Assembly: GCA_038245295.1 (NCBI GenBank)
Contig: JBBRSP010000016.1
Coordinates: 1-64,000 of the forward strand
Length of the DNA: 64,000 nucleotides
Source: Candidatus Binatia bacterium
GTDB taxonomy: Bacteria > Desulfobacterota > Binatia > HRBIN30
Reading direction: 5' to 3'
Shown: positions 1-8,766 of the stretch, piece by piece
Layout of the letters: every line of letters begins with the position of its first letter
Numbering within the stretch: the stretch's first letter is position 1
The notes under the pieces: generated by a model
Databases searched by the model: none
Told to the model about the DNA's origin: nothing
What the model saw: only the letters and a program-made list of their open reading frames with translations
Made by a program: the position numbers and the translations under genes

Positions 1-117
1 CACCTTGCCGACGCTGACGTGCAGGCTTTCAGCGATCTGGCGGTTGCGCCGGTCGCCTACCCACTTCAGGTACAGAATCTCTCGAATCTTTCGCATGGAC
101 AGTCTCTCCGTTGCCAT
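1..117 (-). CDS. istA: IS21-family transposase IstA, N-terminus (runs off the window)
   Basis: Minus-strand translation from ATG 117 gives MATERLSMRKIREILYLKWVGDRRNRQIAESLHVSVGKV, the IS21/IS408 IstA HTH N-terminus. GGAGGCGAGG RBS precedes it. Not in the ORF track because it is truncated. Confidence 0.85.
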   Translation of the reverse strand, partial: MATERLSMRKIREILYLKWVGDRRNRQIAESLHVSVGKV

Positions 118-201
118 CCTCGCCTCCCCATCTTTGATGGGTAGGGAGTAACAGCTGGGGTTGCTGTCCAGCGTCGCTGAACTTGACGGCCGACGGCTAC
201 C

Positions 202-349
202 TGATCACGATCCCGGGACCGTTGATCACGATGCCGAAACACGTGATCACGATCCCGAAATGGCTGATCACGATGCCGAAACGCTTGATCACGATGCAGC
301 GAAATCAGTGATCACGATGCCGAAACGGGTGATCACGATGGGCCGAAAC
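202..349. repeat. Seven tandem ~21-bp IS21 terminal repeats (TGATCACGATGCCGAAAC consensus)
   Basis: TGATCACGAT cores at 202, 223, 244, 265, 286, 309 and 330; period 21 bp, with one interval of 23. Confidence 0.9.
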
Positions 350-693
350 GCGCACCCCTATTCGTGATCTGGATGATTCGTGTTGGTTTTGTCGAGAGAT
401 CGGCGACGAAGATTCAAGGGATGTAGTATACCGGGGCATGTCACGAAAGCCAAGTACCTACCCGTTGGTGAAAATTCTAGCGGTGGATCAATCGACGAGG
501 CCGTTAGAGCGATGAAAACCGCCCCGAAAACATCGCTCTAAGGCAAAAAACGAGTCTGGTTTTCGATGATATGCTTATGATTACCGACACGTACCGTGGT
601 CCGACCCGTGGAAAGTGTCTTCGACGATGTGGGGCGTTGTTGGCAGTGAACCGGGGCGGGATTGTTGGTATTGGTTCAATTGGAGGGAATGGC

Positions 694-2121
694 GTGATTC
701 CAAAGGTATTCATCTCGTACAGCTGGAGTTCTCCTCGACATCAGGCACGCGTCCAGCAGTGGGTTGAGCAGCTGCTGGCCAACGGGATCGACGTTGTCTT
801 CGACGTTTACGACCTCAAGGAGGGCAACGACAAGTTCGTATTTATGGAGAGAATGGTCACTGACCCATCGGTAAGCCATGTACTAGTCCTAAGCGATCGG
901 GAGTATACGCATAAAGCCGACAGCAGACAGGCGGGCGTCGGAACCGAATCACAGATTATCTCACAGGAGGTGTACGACAAGGTTAATCAGTCGAAGTTCG
1001 TCCCGATCGTCTGCGAGGTTGACCAAGACGGCAACCCATACTTGCCAGCGTTCCTGAAGTCTCGCATCTGGATCGACTTCTCCACGCCGGAAGCCGCCAA
1101 CAGCAACTGGGAGCGGCTTGTTCGACTCCTTCACGGCCGACCTGCTCAGACGAAACCTGAGAGGAGCCAGCCGCCTGCCTATTTGCGAGATGATTCAGCC
1201 GCACCCGCCAATCCTGCGATTACGAAACTCAACGTCCTTAGGCAAGCGGTTCTTCGGAAAGACGCCCGGTTGACGTTGTATCGTAGCGATTTCTTGGAAG
1301 CGTGCTTCACCTATGCCGATGCCCTGCGGATCCGCGCGGAACCTGCAGCCTTGACATTCGGCCAAAAGGTCCTGGAGGATTGTGCGAGGCTCAAGCCAAT
1401 CCGGAACCAAATCGTCGATTGGGTGCTCCTCGAGTCCGAAGGTCAACACGCCGCCGATTTCAAAGAAGGTCTATTGGATTTTCTCGAGCGCCTGCTCGAA
1501 CTCAAATCGCGACCGGTTGAGGTCACGTCGTGGAACGATGATTGGTTCGAGGCACAATCTGTCTTCGTGTACGAAACGTTCCTCTATGTCGTCGCGGCAC
1601 TCATGAAAACTGGCGCATTCGATATTCTCCACGACGTCCTTACTTCGCATTATCTGATGCCGGAGACGGCCTCGTCTGCGAACGATCGCTTTTCAACATT
1701 TGACATCTTCTGCGGCTACTCCAAGGCTCTTCGGCTGGTTCTCGCCCCACCGGGTCAACGGCTCCACTCTCCTGCTGCGGAACTGCTGAAGCGCCAGGCG
1801 GACCGTACCGACCTGACGTTCAACTCAATCATGGAGGCTGAGCTTCTCATTCTCCTCATGTCATTGATTAGCGCTGAGGTCCGCTGGTTTCCGCAAACGC
1901 TCTACTACGCTGGATACAGCAAGGCATTCCCCTTCTTTGTTCGCGCGGCACGGCATAGGAACTTTCTGAAGATCGCTGAGGTGACCGGGTTGGCACATGC
2001 TGACGACTTGCGAGCAGCGGTCAAGGAAGGGCAGGCGCGGGTAGGGGCCAAAAACTGGCACGATTTCGCCATCAGCATCTGGAGCGCCATGAACATGGAT
2101 AATCTGGACACCCTTCGATAG
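694..2121 (+). CDS. SEFIR/TIR-domain protein, probable anti-phage defence protein
   Basis: PKVFISYSW...LLANGIDVVFDVYDLKEGND...FMERMV...YTHKADSRQAGVGTESQII is a SEFIR/TIR N-terminus with the conserved Glu, followed by a helical C-terminus. GTG 694 follows GGAGGG; the ORF track opens at 571. Confidence 0.8.
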   Translation: MIPKVFISYSWSSPRHQARVQQWVEQLLANGIDVVFDVYDLKEGNDKFVFMERMVTDPSVSHVLVLSDREYTHKADSRQAGVGTESQIISQEVYDKVNQSKFVPIVCEVDQDGNPYLPAFLKSRIWIDFSTPEAANSNWERLVRLLHGRPAQTKPERSQPPAYLRDDSAAPANPAITKLNVLRQAVLRKDARLTLYRSDFLEACFTYADALRIRAEPAALTFGQKVLEDCARLKPIRNQIVDWVLLESEGQHAADFKEGLLDFLERLLELKSRPVEVTSWNDDWFEAQSVFVYETFLYVVAALMKTGAFDILHDVLTSHYLMPETASSANDRFSTFDIFCGYSKALRLVLAPPGQRLHSPAAELLKRQADRTDLTFNSIMEAELLILLMSLISAEVRWFPQTLYYAGYSKAFPFFVRAARHRNFLKIAEVTGLAHADDLRAAVKEGQARVGAKNWHDFAISIWSAMNMDNLDTLR

Positions 2122-2384
2122 GCTCGGCGAGCCTACAGGGGCGATGAATTTGCCTTCGTGTTTCTAGCGGTCCGACGCGTCACCTTCACAAGCTTCACGT
2201 CCCCAATTCGCCGTCCCCAATTCGCCCGCCATACATCGGCGGTGAACAGAAGCGGCGCCATTCATGGGTGCGTGTCCCGCCTGCCACACCGCGGCAGCCC
2301 TGGACGATTCATCCCTCACGTCCTGGGCGTTGCGTTCGAGCAGCGCCTCGTAGGCCTCGTCCCTAGGCCTCGCCAAGCGTTGTG

Positions 2385-5300
2385 TTAACCCAATGCGGAC
2401 TGGTGGTGCTTCATTCCGCAGTCCAACGGAATCACGAAGCATTGCCCCGAAAAGTGCTTAGCGGTTACCTCGGTGACCTTAGCCGTTTCCAGGTTGAGCT
2501 CGAGACGTTGCTTGGCAGCTACTGCGCAGGTGCACTCAACGATCAAGAGATCATTCACGCCGTCCAATTGGTTCAGACCATCCAAGATATAGAAAGCTTG
2601 AGGTATGTCGTTTGGAATTTTCGTGTCCCGAAACAAAACTTCACCGCTGGGTTTTGCGATTTGTGCGACGGATCCATAGAAAAGGCCTTTCCTAGCCCCA
2701 CCGAACGCTTGTCCCTCTTGAATTAGAGTACTGCCGGCGAGCCGAATTGCACAGGCAGCGTCCCACAACACTGCGGGGTCTGCCGCCACCGCAATAAATG
2801 CGTCGTTGCCCGTGTCCTCAAACGATAGTCCCTTGTTGCTGAGTCCCGTGAGAATAGCACGGATCTGGTCCTTCATTGGATTCGTTTGGGATTGGTTGGT
2901 GCCCTTTACAATATCTAGGACAAGAATAAACATGCCGTCGCGGCGAGTCTCGGTGGAACCGTCTTCGAGTCTTCTACTGCGCCCCTCGGGCGCAAAGGGA
3001 TACTCAGTATCATCATACCGGCGGCAGAATGTGCGTAGAGCCGAGCGAAGTTCATCCAGCGCACCTTCGCACTCTTTAAGGCATGATCGAGTCCAGTTGG
3101 TCAGTTCCATGCGGCTCTTCACGGGTTTCTCACTCAATTGCTGCTTGAAGAACGATTTTCCCGGCAATTTGCCGCTGGACTGAAGCTCGTTGAATGCTTT
3201 CGCAGCATCGACCCAATCGGCGCTAATCGCCCACCCGGAATCACTGTCTCCCCTATGCAGCGTTAAGCCTTGCGGAGCGAATGCATCTCGCAAGTCTTGC
3301 TCAGTGCACCAACCGGCTTCTCTCAGAATCGCTATCAGGAAGGTCGTCAGATTGGCCATCTGACTAAGAAGCGGAGTTAAAATCTGGAATCGTGCATCTA
3401 GTCCAGGATCTCGCGAAGGATCCAGTGTAAGTCTAGACTTTGCGAATTTCCACCAACGCAACGCTGGCTTTCCTTGCACTGCGAAGGCGTCGTCTGCACT
3501 CTTTATCAAGCGCGCATAGTCGCGATAGAAGACCCGGTATTTCTTCCGCGCTTCAGTGATGAATTGAATCGACCAGTAGAGCATTGTCGCGATATTCTCC
3601 CTTTCTGTAGGTTCTGGAACAGAAAGGTTTTTCGTAAGACTCAAAACTCCGAAAAAGGATCGCTCTTCGTAACCGCTCCACGCGTGAAGTTCGAATGCAA
3701 ATGCGTTGAACGCCCGACGATGATTGCCGCAACTTGAAAGGACCAGCTTTACTTCGGAGGGCACCTCAACAAAGGACTGAGCCAAGAACTCGAAGCCGTC
3801 GAAAAAATCTCTCTCAAGCCCAGGTGGCCAAGTCAGCTTTACGGGTGAAACAAACTTTTTGCGCGGAACTATAGTCCGCCGACCGCGCTCCAACACCTCC
3901 TCGAACGGTGCGTACTTGCCGTTGGTCATCCAAGCGGAAGACTTGCGACCACCTATCTCACCGGTACTTACATATCCAAATTTCTCTGGACCATTCGTGA
4001 GTGGCAATGACGGGAAAATGTCCCTCAGGACGACGCACAACTTGTGCGCATCGAAAGGCGTGAGGCTTCGACGCCGACGGTTCGAAAGATAGGCTCGATA
4101 CGCTTGATTCAGCGCAAGTTTGAGTTCAAGGGTCGGCTGATCCTCTTCGTCTTCCCCACAGTAGAAAGTACGACACCACGATTGGTTCTCAAACGTGATT
4201 TTTGGCACGGCCAGAGCTCGATCCACCAACATGTCTACTGTGAGACTTACTTGCGCTGGTTCAACGTCAACGCCGAAACCGCCCGCAAGAATGCTTTTAA
4301 TCGCTTCGAAATTGAGACCCACCCCCAGTCGTTCTGAACTGGTATCTTCGCTGCGTTTTTCCGATGAATCTGTAACATGTCTAAGCGCGAGAAAGACGCG
4401 TCCGATCGATTCCCACGGGGGGTCCTCAGAATCAGGGGTATAGGCAGGTTCGCGAGTTAAGAACTCGGTAATTTCAGCTTGTAGTCTCGGATTATTGCCA
4501 ACCTCGGGTGCCTGATTCGCCTCCGGCATATCGGGTGAACCACCAATCGTACCCTCGGCGAATAGTTGTTTGAGGATATCAGCGTTTTCACTGCCAAGAA
4601 CGAATCGCATATCTTCCAAGAGAAACTCGGCTTTAGTGACAGTATATCGAGGAGCCAGGGCATTTCTGCAATTCCGGACAACCGATTGCGCAGCAATCGT
4701 AGAGAGAAAGGCGGTGGCTAGTCGAAACACCGAACGAACAAATTCGCTGGGGGCATGGGCGTTCGGTTGATGCAACCTCAGCCAGGCCGCCTGTAAGGCC
4801 GGGTTCGAAAATACTATGGCCGAGGGATCACTACTACTTGACAGAGATAGCTGGACGATCGGGGTTAAGAAAAGCGCGGACTCCGAAGGTTGTATAATGA
4901 ACCGTACCTTTGAGTAGGGCCGAACCGCCAAGCCAGATCTGTTGTCGGCGACGTTTCCCCAATGCTGGATGAAAGCGGAGCCGCGGAATATCCCCCGGGC
5001 AGTCGACTCCGGCCAAGATATCAAATGCAGTGGCAACAAATCTGGGACGCGGCCTAGGCTTTCAACGACATCGTGAAATGTGTCCGGGTTCAGGCCATCA
5101 ATCCCGAGCCTGATCGTCGGGAAATCCAAATTGTGATGAAGCGTCGAGCCAAGAACGCCCTGTACTAAGTCGGCATGATGGCGTTGGATCGAGTCAGGCC
5201 ACAATTTTTGATAGTATTGTACAGGCAGGGACGAGTGTGGAGATGGCGTTCGCTTGGGATGTTCAGGAAGGGATTCTCCCAAAAAAGTCTCACGGTCGAC

Positions 5301-5603
5301 CACGTATGAAGCACACCGCGAAATTACGCCGCGCGATCTGAGACTTTCGACAACTGCAGAGAGAGTGGATCCAAAGATGACAGAGTCATCGAATACCACG
5401 ACTGGTCTCTCGCTAAGGACGTCAGGGTCGACAAATGGCACGGCGTGTTGAGAAATGAACGTGATGCCGGCCTTCGTCGTCTGCTTACGCAGCTGCAGGA
5501 AACGAATCGCACCGCGGGCGACTGCAACGACTGTGTTTGCATTGGCGTCATCGATGACACCCTGGAACCACTCGTCAAATTGCGCTGGATAATGGTCGGC
5601 CAT
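2385..5603 (-). CDS. Large protein: N-terminal phosphoribosyltransferase-like domain, wHTH-like middle, C-terminal class III nucleotidyl-cyclase-like domain
   Basis: VAVARGA and VVVFDDSVIFGST are type I PRTase loops. The C-terminus has FILVLDIVKGT...TGNDAFIAV...RKGLFYGSV (cyclase-like). Start taken at ATG 5603; the ORF track opens at 5654. Confidence 0.65.
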   Translation of the reverse strand: MADHYPAQFDEWFQGVIDDANANTVVAVARGAIRFLQLRKQTTKAGITFISQHAVPFVDPDVLSERPVVVFDDSVIFGSTLSAVVESLRSRGVISRCASYVVDRETFLGESLPEHPKRTPSPHSSLPVQYYQKLWPDSIQRHHADLVQGVLGSTLHHNLDFPTIRLGIDGLNPDTFHDVVESLGRVPDLLPLHLISWPESTARGIFRGSAFIQHWGNVADNRSGLAVRPYSKVRFIIQPSESALFLTPIVQLSLSSSSDPSAIVFSNPALQAAWLRLHQPNAHAPSEFVRSVFRLATAFLSTIAAQSVVRNCRNALAPRYTVTKAEFLLEDMRFVLGSENADILKQLFAEGTIGGSPDMPEANQAPEVGNNPRLQAEITEFLTREPAYTPDSEDPPWESIGRVFLALRHVTDSSEKRSEDTSSERLGVGLNFEAIKSILAGGFGVDVEPAQVSLTVDMLVDRALAVPKITFENQSWCRTFYCGEDEEDQPTLELKLALNQAYRAYLSNRRRRSLTPFDAHKLCVVLRDIFPSLPLTNGPEKFGYVSTGEIGGRKSSAWMTNGKYAPFEEVLERGRRTIVPRKKFVSPVKLTWPPGLERDFFDGFEFLAQSFVEVPSEVKLVLSSCGNHRRAFNAFAFELHAWSGYEERSFFGVLSLTKNLSVPEPTERENIATMLYWSIQFITEARKKYRVFYRDYARLIKSADDAFAVQGKPALRWWKFAKSRLTLDPSRDPGLDARFQILTPLLSQMANLTTFLIAILREAGWCTEQDLRDAFAPQGLTLHRGDSDSGWAISADWVDAAKAFNELQSSGKLPGKSFFKQQLSEKPVKSRMELTNWTRSCLKECEGALDELRSALRTFCRRYDDTEYPFAPEGRSRRLEDGSTETRRDGMFILVLDIVKGTNQSQTNPMKDQIRAILTGLSNKGLSFEDTGNDAFIAVAADPAVLWDAACAIRLAGSTLIQEGQAFGGARKGLFYGSVAQIAKPSGEVLFRDTKIPNDIPQAFYILDGLNQLDGVNDLLIVECTCAVAAKQRLELNLETAKVTEVTAKHFSGQCFVIPLDCGMKHHQSALG

Positions 5604-5708
5604 GAGCCCCCGTTGGCACACAACTTGACATCGAGCGGGTAAGAATTCAAGCACTCTGGAGACGGGGCTTCGCCGACCCTCCCACCCCTTCGGCGGGGGA
5701 AGGAATTG

Positions 5709-5767
5709 GGGACGTAGAGGTTATTCGGACGATTGTCCGAGAATCGTCCGAATAACCTCTACGTCCC
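5709..5767. repeat. Perfect 26-bp inverted repeat with a 7-nt loop (REP/REPIN-like hairpin)
   Basis: GGGACGTAGAGGTTATTCGGACGATT (5709-5734) is the exact reverse complement of 5742-5767. It overlaps the hsdM stop codon. Confidence 0.9.
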
Positions 5768-7285
5768 TTTTCCAGGCGCCGCCATCCCGCCTCGGCGTGC
5801 CTGCAGATCGCCGAGCACGTCCTCGATTTGCGCCAGCGCGGCGCGTAGGTCTTCAGCGATCTCTTCGGCGAGAACGTCAGGATCGGGTAGGTTCGCCGAG
5901 TCTTCGAGGCTCTCGTCGCGCAGCCAGAACAGATCGAGGCTCACCTTGTCGCGCGCCAGCAGGTCTTCGTAGCTGTACGAGCGCCAGCGCCCTTCGGGGT
6001 GCTTCTCGGTCCACTTCGGCTTGCGCTTCTGCAGTTCGCCGGGGCGGTAGCATTCGACGAACTCGTCGAGGTCGGTGCGCTTGATGGTGCTCTGCTTCAG
6101 TGTGTGGTGCACATTGGTGCGGTAGTCGTAGACCCACAGTTCCTTCGTCCACGGCTTTTCGCTGGCCGGCTTGCGGTTGAAGAAGAGCACGTTGGCCTTC
6201 ACACCCTGGGCGTAGAAGATGCCGGTCGGCAGGCGTAGCAGGGTGTGCACGTCGCAGTCATTCAGCAGTCGCTTGCGGATCTTCTCACCGGCACCGCCTT
6301 CGAAGAGCACGTTGTCGGGCACGACGACTGCCGCGCGTCCGTTTATCTTCAGCAGGTTGACGACATGCTGAAGGAAGTTGAGCTGCTTGTTGGATGTCGT
6401 CGTCCAGAAGTCGGGGCGGTTGTAGGTGAGAGTCTGGCGGTCCTCGTCGCCCTCGGCGTTGATCACCGTGATGCTCGACTTCTTACCGAACGGCGGGTTG
6501 GTCAACACAACGTCGAAGTGCTCGGCAGGCTCACTGCGCAGAGCGTCATCGGTCTTGAGCGGCGGTGGCGTGTGGTCGTCGGTTGGACCGATGCCGTGCA
6601 GGAACAGATTCATCGCGCATAGGCGCGTGACGCTATCGACGAGCTCCACACCGCGCAGGGCGTCGTACCGAAGGTGGTGCTTCTGATCGCGGTCGAGGTC
6701 GTAGTGCTGCGCGACGTATTGGTGGGCGGACAACAAGAACCCGCCCGTGCCACACGCCGGATCGCAGATCTTCTCGTGCGGGTCTGGACGAATGCAATCG
6801 ACAATGCCGTCGATGAGTGGACGCGGCGTAAAGTACTGCCCCGCCCCGCTCTTCGTATCCTCGGCATTCTTGGCGAGGAGCCCTTCGTAGGCGTCGCCCT
6901 TTACGTCGACGGACATCGCCGACCAGTTCTCCTGCCCGATCAGCTCAACGATCAGACGCCGGAGCTTCGCGGGGTCCTGGATGCGGTTCTGCGCTTTGCG
7001 GAAGATCAGCCCGAGCATGCCGCCCTCGGCGCCCAGGGCCTGGAGGACCTGCCGATACTTGCCTTCGAGCCGCTCACCCTCCATCTGTGGATCCGCAAGA
7101 TCAGACCAGCGGCATCCTTTCGGAATGGGCTGCTCCTCGCCACTAAGCGCGGCACGCTCTTCCACCATCTTCAGAAACAACAGACAGGTGAGCTGTTCGA
7201 GGTAGTCGAGATAGGAGAGGCCATCGTCGCGCAGGACGCTGCAATAACTCCACAGCTTCTGGACGATGCGACTGGAATCGCTCAT
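5759..7285 (-). CDS. hsdM: Type I R-M N6-adenine methyltransferase subunit
   Basis: IVQKLWSYCSVLRDDG, GQYFTPR, DPACGTGGFL (motif I), NPPF (motif IV). The ATGA overlap with the hsdS stop sets the start at 7285. Confidence 0.95.
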   Translation of the reverse strand: MSDSSRIVQKLWSYCSVLRDDGLSYLDYLEQLTCLLFLKMVEERAALSGEEQPIPKGCRWSDLADPQMEGERLEGKYRQVLQALGAEGGMLGLIFRKAQNRIQDPAKLRRLIVELIGQENWSAMSVDVKGDAYEGLLAKNAEDTKSGAGQYFTPRPLIDGIVDCIRPDPHEKICDPACGTGGFLLSAHQYVAQHYDLDRDQKHHLRYDALRGVELVDSVTRLCAMNLFLHGIGPTDDHTPPPLKTDDALRSEPAEHFDVVLTNPPFGKKSSITVINAEGDEDRQTLTYNRPDFWTTTSNKQLNFLQHVVNLLKINGRAAVVVPDNVLFEGGAGEKIRKRLLNDCDVHTLLRLPTGIFYAQGVKANVLFFNRKPASEKPWTKELWVYDYRTNVHHTLKQSTIKRTDLDEFVECYRPGELQKRKPKWTEKHPEGRWRSYSYEDLLARDKVSLDLFWLRDESLEDSANLPDPDVLAEEIAEDLRAALAQIEDVLGDLQARRGGMAAPGKGT

Positions 7286-8766
7286 GCGGCCTTCTTCCTC
7301 TTCGAACGAGACTCGCCGCTCTTCGGAGCAGCCGCCTTCGCGCTCTCGCGTTCGGCCCGGATGCGTTCCAGTAGGATCGCCGCGGGTTCGTCGTTCGGGT
7401 CTTGATCGACAAGCTTCCCCTCGAATGCCCATTTCAAGATGCTCTGGCGTAGGCGATCGCATCGGGATTGCTCGCTTGTCAGAACTTTTTCAACCTTGTC
7501 GATGATTGAAGTGCAGGAATCGACGTGAGCGACAATCCGAGACTGCTCGGCTGCGGGCGGGAGCGCGACAATGATCTTGATCATCCGGGTAAGCCCGAGA
7601 TCTTGATTGCCTACACCGTGAGTAAATCGCTGTGCCTGTACGTAGCAAGGAGGTGAGTTTAACGCGTGCTGAACGTAAACCGGCATGACGGACTCAACCA
7701 GCTTGAGCACCGCCACGTGCACCCATACGCTGAATTCCCGGTCGTAGGTGTTGGCGCGCGCGATCCCAGTGGTCCCGCCCTTCGTGTACAGGATATCTCC
7801 CTTTTCAGGTTTGCATCGCCTCGACAGCTCGGCATGCACCTCCGGTGCGATCCTTTTTGCGTTCGCAAAATCTACGCCGTCAGGTCGAACATTTCCTCCT
7901 GTGACGATGGGAATTCCATCCTCGCTGTACTTCGGGCTGTAGTGCGGGCCGTCCTTGACTGACCACGCGAGCTGCCCGACACTCACCCAACACCACCCGT
8001 CCGGGAGCTCCGATAGCTCCATCGTGTCTGGCTCAGCTGATTCCTTGTACTTCGCTTTCCACTTGTCGTCCTTCGGCGGCTTACCCTTCGCCTTCATCGC
8101 GGCGAGCTCGGCCTCCTCCCAGCGACGGCGACGCTCGGCAAGGATGCGCTTCAACAGCTCGGACGCAGGCTCGTAGTCCCGCCCCTCCTGCCGCGCCAGC
8201 TCCGCCTCGGTGGGCACCAACCGTCCTTCGACGGCGGCTTTGAGCACAGAAGCGCGGTACCGCTTGAGGTTCGCTTGCACGCGCTCCAGCGCGGCGACGG
8301 CGGCATCGAGACGAGGGAGTTGGGTCTCGATAGCTTCTACAACGCGCGATTGTTCGGCAAGCGGTGCAATTGGAAAACGGAGCTTCCGCAGTATCGAGAA
8401 GTGGCGTGCGTACCCGCGATTTGGGACTTCCGCCGACTTTAGTGCCCAGTATGCGTACTTGGGCTCGACGCCCACTCTCGACGACAGCACCTTGACACCG
8501 TCAGCTCCCTGAATGAACGGGTACGGGCTGAACTTCACATTCCGCGTGTGGTCTCCGAAGATTACAACGGGAAGCGGGCTCGGATGGACGAGAGACTGGT
8601 CATCCGAGTACCCTCCAACCTCCGCCTCTCCTTGATCGATTACTGGAAAGCGCCCCGAATCTTTGTACTTCCTCTCCGCAAGTTTCAGATCGGAGGTGAC
8701 GTTTTCGAAGACTTGATCAAACTCCGCACTCGTCCATGAGGCTGGGAGAGATTGCATCGCCTTCAT
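7282..8766 (-). CDS. hsdS: Type I R-M specificity subunit
   Basis: Two TRDs, each followed by a conserved PLAEQSRVV/PPAAEQSRIV helix; ASVLKAAVEGRL and QSILKWAFEGKL repeats; TAATG overlap with hsdR. Confidence 0.93.
   Translation of the reverse strand: MKAMQSLPASWTSAEFDQVFENVTSDLKLAERKYKDSGRFPVIDQGEAEVGGYSDDQSLVHPSPLPVVIFGDHTRNVKFSPYPFIQGADGVKVLSSRVGVEPKYAYWALKSAEVPNRGYARHFSILRKLRFPIAPLAEQSRVVEAIETQLPRLDAAVAALERVQANLKRYRASVLKAAVEGRLVPTEAELARQEGRDYEPASELLKRILAERRRRWEEAELAAMKAKGKPPKDDKWKAKYKESAEPDTMELSELPDGWCWVSVGQLAWSVKDGPHYSPKYSEDGIPIVTGGNVRPDGVDFANAKRIAPEVHAELSRRCKPEKGDILYTKGGTTGIARANTYDREFSVWVHVAVLKLVESVMPVYVQHALNSPPCYVQAQRFTHGVGNQDLGLTRMIKIIVALPPAAEQSRIVAHVDSCTSIIDKVEKVLTSEQSRCDRLRQSILKWAFEGKLVDQDPNDEPAAILLERIRAERESAKAAAPKSGESRSKRKKAA

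Larger units (their letters stand above)
1..354 (-). mobile_element. IS21-family insertion sequence, left end
   Basis: On the minus strand the element starts TGCGCGTTTCGGCCCATCGTGATCACCCGTTTCGG at 354 (TG terminus). Multiple subterminal repeats follow, then istA. Confidence 0.85.

Noticed and set aside
202..349. CRISPR array or iteron origin
   Set aside because: The period is only 21 bp with no unique spacers and no cas or rep genes. The repeats lie between a TG terminus and istA, so they are IS21 end repeats.
161..367. 68-aa ORF with DHDAET repeats
   Set aside because: It is a translation by-product of the IS terminal repeats.
355..541. Possible gene remnant cut by the IS, and an 11-bp inverted repeat (504-514/531-541)
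   Set aside because: The short open frames have no recognisable motif, and the hairpin has no correctly placed U-tract. No function can be supported.
694..5603. Labelling the locus Pycsar, Thoeris or CBASS
   Set aside because: No cNMP-binding effector, ThsA or CD-NTase motifs are visible, the genes are convergent, and the cyclase-like domain is C-terminal and divergent.
5614..5629. Sigma54 promoter-like TGGCACACAACTTGAC
   Set aside because: The -12 GC is replaced by GA and it points antisense to hsdM. I found no convincing -24/-12 site in the intergenic regions I read by eye.
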